A DNA stretch of 64,000 nucleotides from Candidatus Hydrothermarchaeales archaeon. GTDB lineage: Archaea; Hydrothermarchaeota; Hydrothermarchaeia; Hydrothermarchaeales; JAZGAD01. Shown here piece after piece: positions 55,301-58,300 of the stretch (its first letter is position 1; the number at the start of each line of letters is the position of its first letter). Where the stretch lies: NCBI GenBank assembly GCA_036444275.1, contig JAZGAD010000014.1, positions 1 through 64,000 of the forward strand. The letters are read 5' to 3'. Under the pieces are notes generated by a model. It had not been told where the DNA came from, ran no database searches, and saw nothing but the letters and a program-made list of their open reading frames with translations. The translations under genes and the position numbers were made by a program.

Positions 55301-58300
55301 CAAATTCTATGACAACGGCACCACTAATCTCGCCCCGAATGGTAGCTTCAGCAATAACGTGACTGAAGGATACTCCCGCACCTTCTACGCAAGGTTCTAT
55401 GACCTTGAGATAAGTGCGTTTGGCCATGTCATAAAATTCGAGAACCTGAATGTGAGTGACCACTTGAACGATCCAATACGCCTCGACGAGTTCAAGGAGG
55501 GCGATATCTCAGAGAACAACTTGAATCTACCTCTCGGAAGAAGGCTTCTGAAAGGCATTGGGGTTAAGACCAACTTTACGAATCTGACTACGGAGAAGGT
55601 GACTTTGATCCTCAACTACTCCGGTACAGTGCCAAATGATGAGGACTCGATAAAGATATACAGGTGCCCTGGCTCAAGCTGGACCTTCGAGCCAGATAGC
55701 GCGAGGGGATGCACAAACTGGGAGGAACTCGGAGGTACCCCATACAAGCCGGCGCAGACCATACAATTTGAGGTTGAAAACTTCTCAGCCTACGCTATCA
55801 CCGAGGAAAAGCCAACAGTGCCTCAGATAACTCTTACCGCTCCAACGGGCGGCGAGACATGGGCCGACAATCAGAGCATTACCTATACCTACTATGATCC
55901 AAACGGCAACAACCTGGATGTCTACATATGGTATAGCAACGACTCCGGTGCGACATGGAACTATATATATAATAAGACTTACACCGACACTGGTACTCAG
56001 AAGACAGGTTCCTATTCTTGGGATACTACAAGCAGACCAGATGGAAGCTACCTGATCAACATCACCGTCACAGATACAGATGGAATGACGAATGAAGACA
56101 TCTCTGGAGCTTCCTTCACCATAGACAATATCGACGATGATCCACCTACGGTAACCCTCACAAAGGAGCCCTCGGATTCGACGTGTTCCCAAGACCTATT
56201 CTTTGAGGGAAAGGCAATCGATGCGAGATCAAACATCAGCGCAGTAGAATACCGGGTGGACGGCGGCAGTTGGATAAACGCTACTCCAATAGATGGTGCC
56301 TTCGATTCCCTAGAAGAAGAGTTCAACTTCACCACAGGTACCCTATCCTTCGAGAGCCATGCCATCGAGATCAGGGCTAACGACAGTTCTGGCACATCTG
56401 GGTATTCAACACCCCTCTACAAACCCAAAGAGGTTACGAGGGCCTGCCAGGAGATAAAAATACCCTCCGGCGGAGGTGGCGGTGGAGGTGGCGGTGGAGG
56501 CATCTCCCCCACCTGCGGTAACGGCATTTGCCAGCCAGGTGAGAACAGTGAGAACTGCCCACTGGACTGCGCACCCACAAACGCGACGAACGCATCAGTG
56601 ATCATGCAGAGGGAGATAGAGCGCCTACGTGAACAGCTCGAAGAGATCAGGCAGACGATAAGTGATACCGCGAATGAAACCGCTGAGAGGGTAAGGACGA
56701 TGCCTACGATTTCTCCCTTCACGATACAGACGAATCTCGCTGAGGTAGAGCTTCATCCAGGAGAAGAGAAGTGGTATTCCATCTGGATAAGCAACCACTT
56801 GAGCAGGGACCAGAAGGCAAGGCTCTCAGCCATGGGCGTTGGAGCGCAGTTCATCGAGATGTACGTAGATAGTGTCAAACTCTTCACCGAGGCGACTGTC
56901 ACCCTAAAGCCGGAGAGCACGCAGCACATAAAGGTCAGGGTCTATTCCCTGCCGACAACGATACCAAGCATATACACTGCCGATATCCTTCTGAGGGTAA
57001 ACGGCCAGAACCATACCATACCTGTGACCATAACTATAACGCCTGAGAGAGAAGCCCTGCTCGATGTCAAGGTAGAGGCGCTGACCAAGAGGCTCACTCC
57101 AGGGAAGCTCATCAAATATCACGTCTCGCTTTACAATCTCGGCTTCAAGAAGAAGTTCGATGTGCACATGGTATACAAGATAAAGGACGTCGAAACAGAG
57201 AAACTCATCGACTGGTACGAAGAGGAGCTAGCCCTAGAGACGACGCTCTCCTTCGTGAAAACATATCCAATGGAGAACCTCACCCTCTCAATCGGCAGTT
57301 ACTTCATTGAGATAGAGGCGATATACGAGAAAAATAGGACCGCTTCTGCAGCTGATATATTCGAGATAGTGCAGCCGTTCTGGAATAGAACGAGGAGGCT
57401 GGGTGTTCTAGCTCTCATCCTGCTCATTACTGCCAGCGCAGCTGGATATAGAGCTAGAAAATGGTACTTAGCCCAGAAACTCGCGAAGGCCAGATACCTG
57501 TTCCCAGTCGCGGAGGATAAGCTCCCCAAGGGCGAGCTCTGGCTCGGCAAGATAGCTGAGACAGACATCAAGGCAACCTTCGATATGGACGACCTCATGG
57601 TGCACTGTATCACTGCTGGTGCAACCGGCTCTGGAAAGAGCGTCTCGGCCATGGTAATAGTTGAGGAGGTATTGAAGCAGAATATACCGGTAATAGTCTT
57701 CGATCCAACCGCGCAGTGGACAGGCTTCGTTAGGCCGTGTAGAGCAGAAAAGATGCTTGCTTTCTATCCCAACTTTGGGTTGAAGGAGACTGACGCTAGG
57801 CCCTTCAAGGGTATGATCTTCGAAGTGACTGATCCCTTCGAGATGGCTGATATAGACTACCGCAAGTACATGAATCCAGGCGAGGTAACAATATTCGCCT
57901 TGGACAAGCTCGAGCCGCAGGAGTTCGACAAGGCGGTAAAGAACATCATTGACGCGCTTTTCAAGATATCCTGGGAGGAGTCGCCTCACCTCAAGGTCCT
58001 TATAGTGATGGACGAGGTCCATAGGCTGCTTGAGAAATACCTGTCGATGGGCGGCATAGTCTCGGAACTGGAGGGCTATAAGTCCATCGAAAAGGCATGC
58101 AGAGAGTTCAGGAAGTGGGGTATAGGAATAATCATGGCCTCCCAGATATTGTCTGATTTCAAGGAGACACTTAGAGGAAACGTCATGACTGAGATACAGC
58201 TCTTTACAAAGGCAGAGGAGGACCGGCAGAGGGTAGCTGACAAGTACGGCGCAGAGTACGCCCAGAGGATAACCAAACAGGAGGTGGGCGTTGCACTCGT

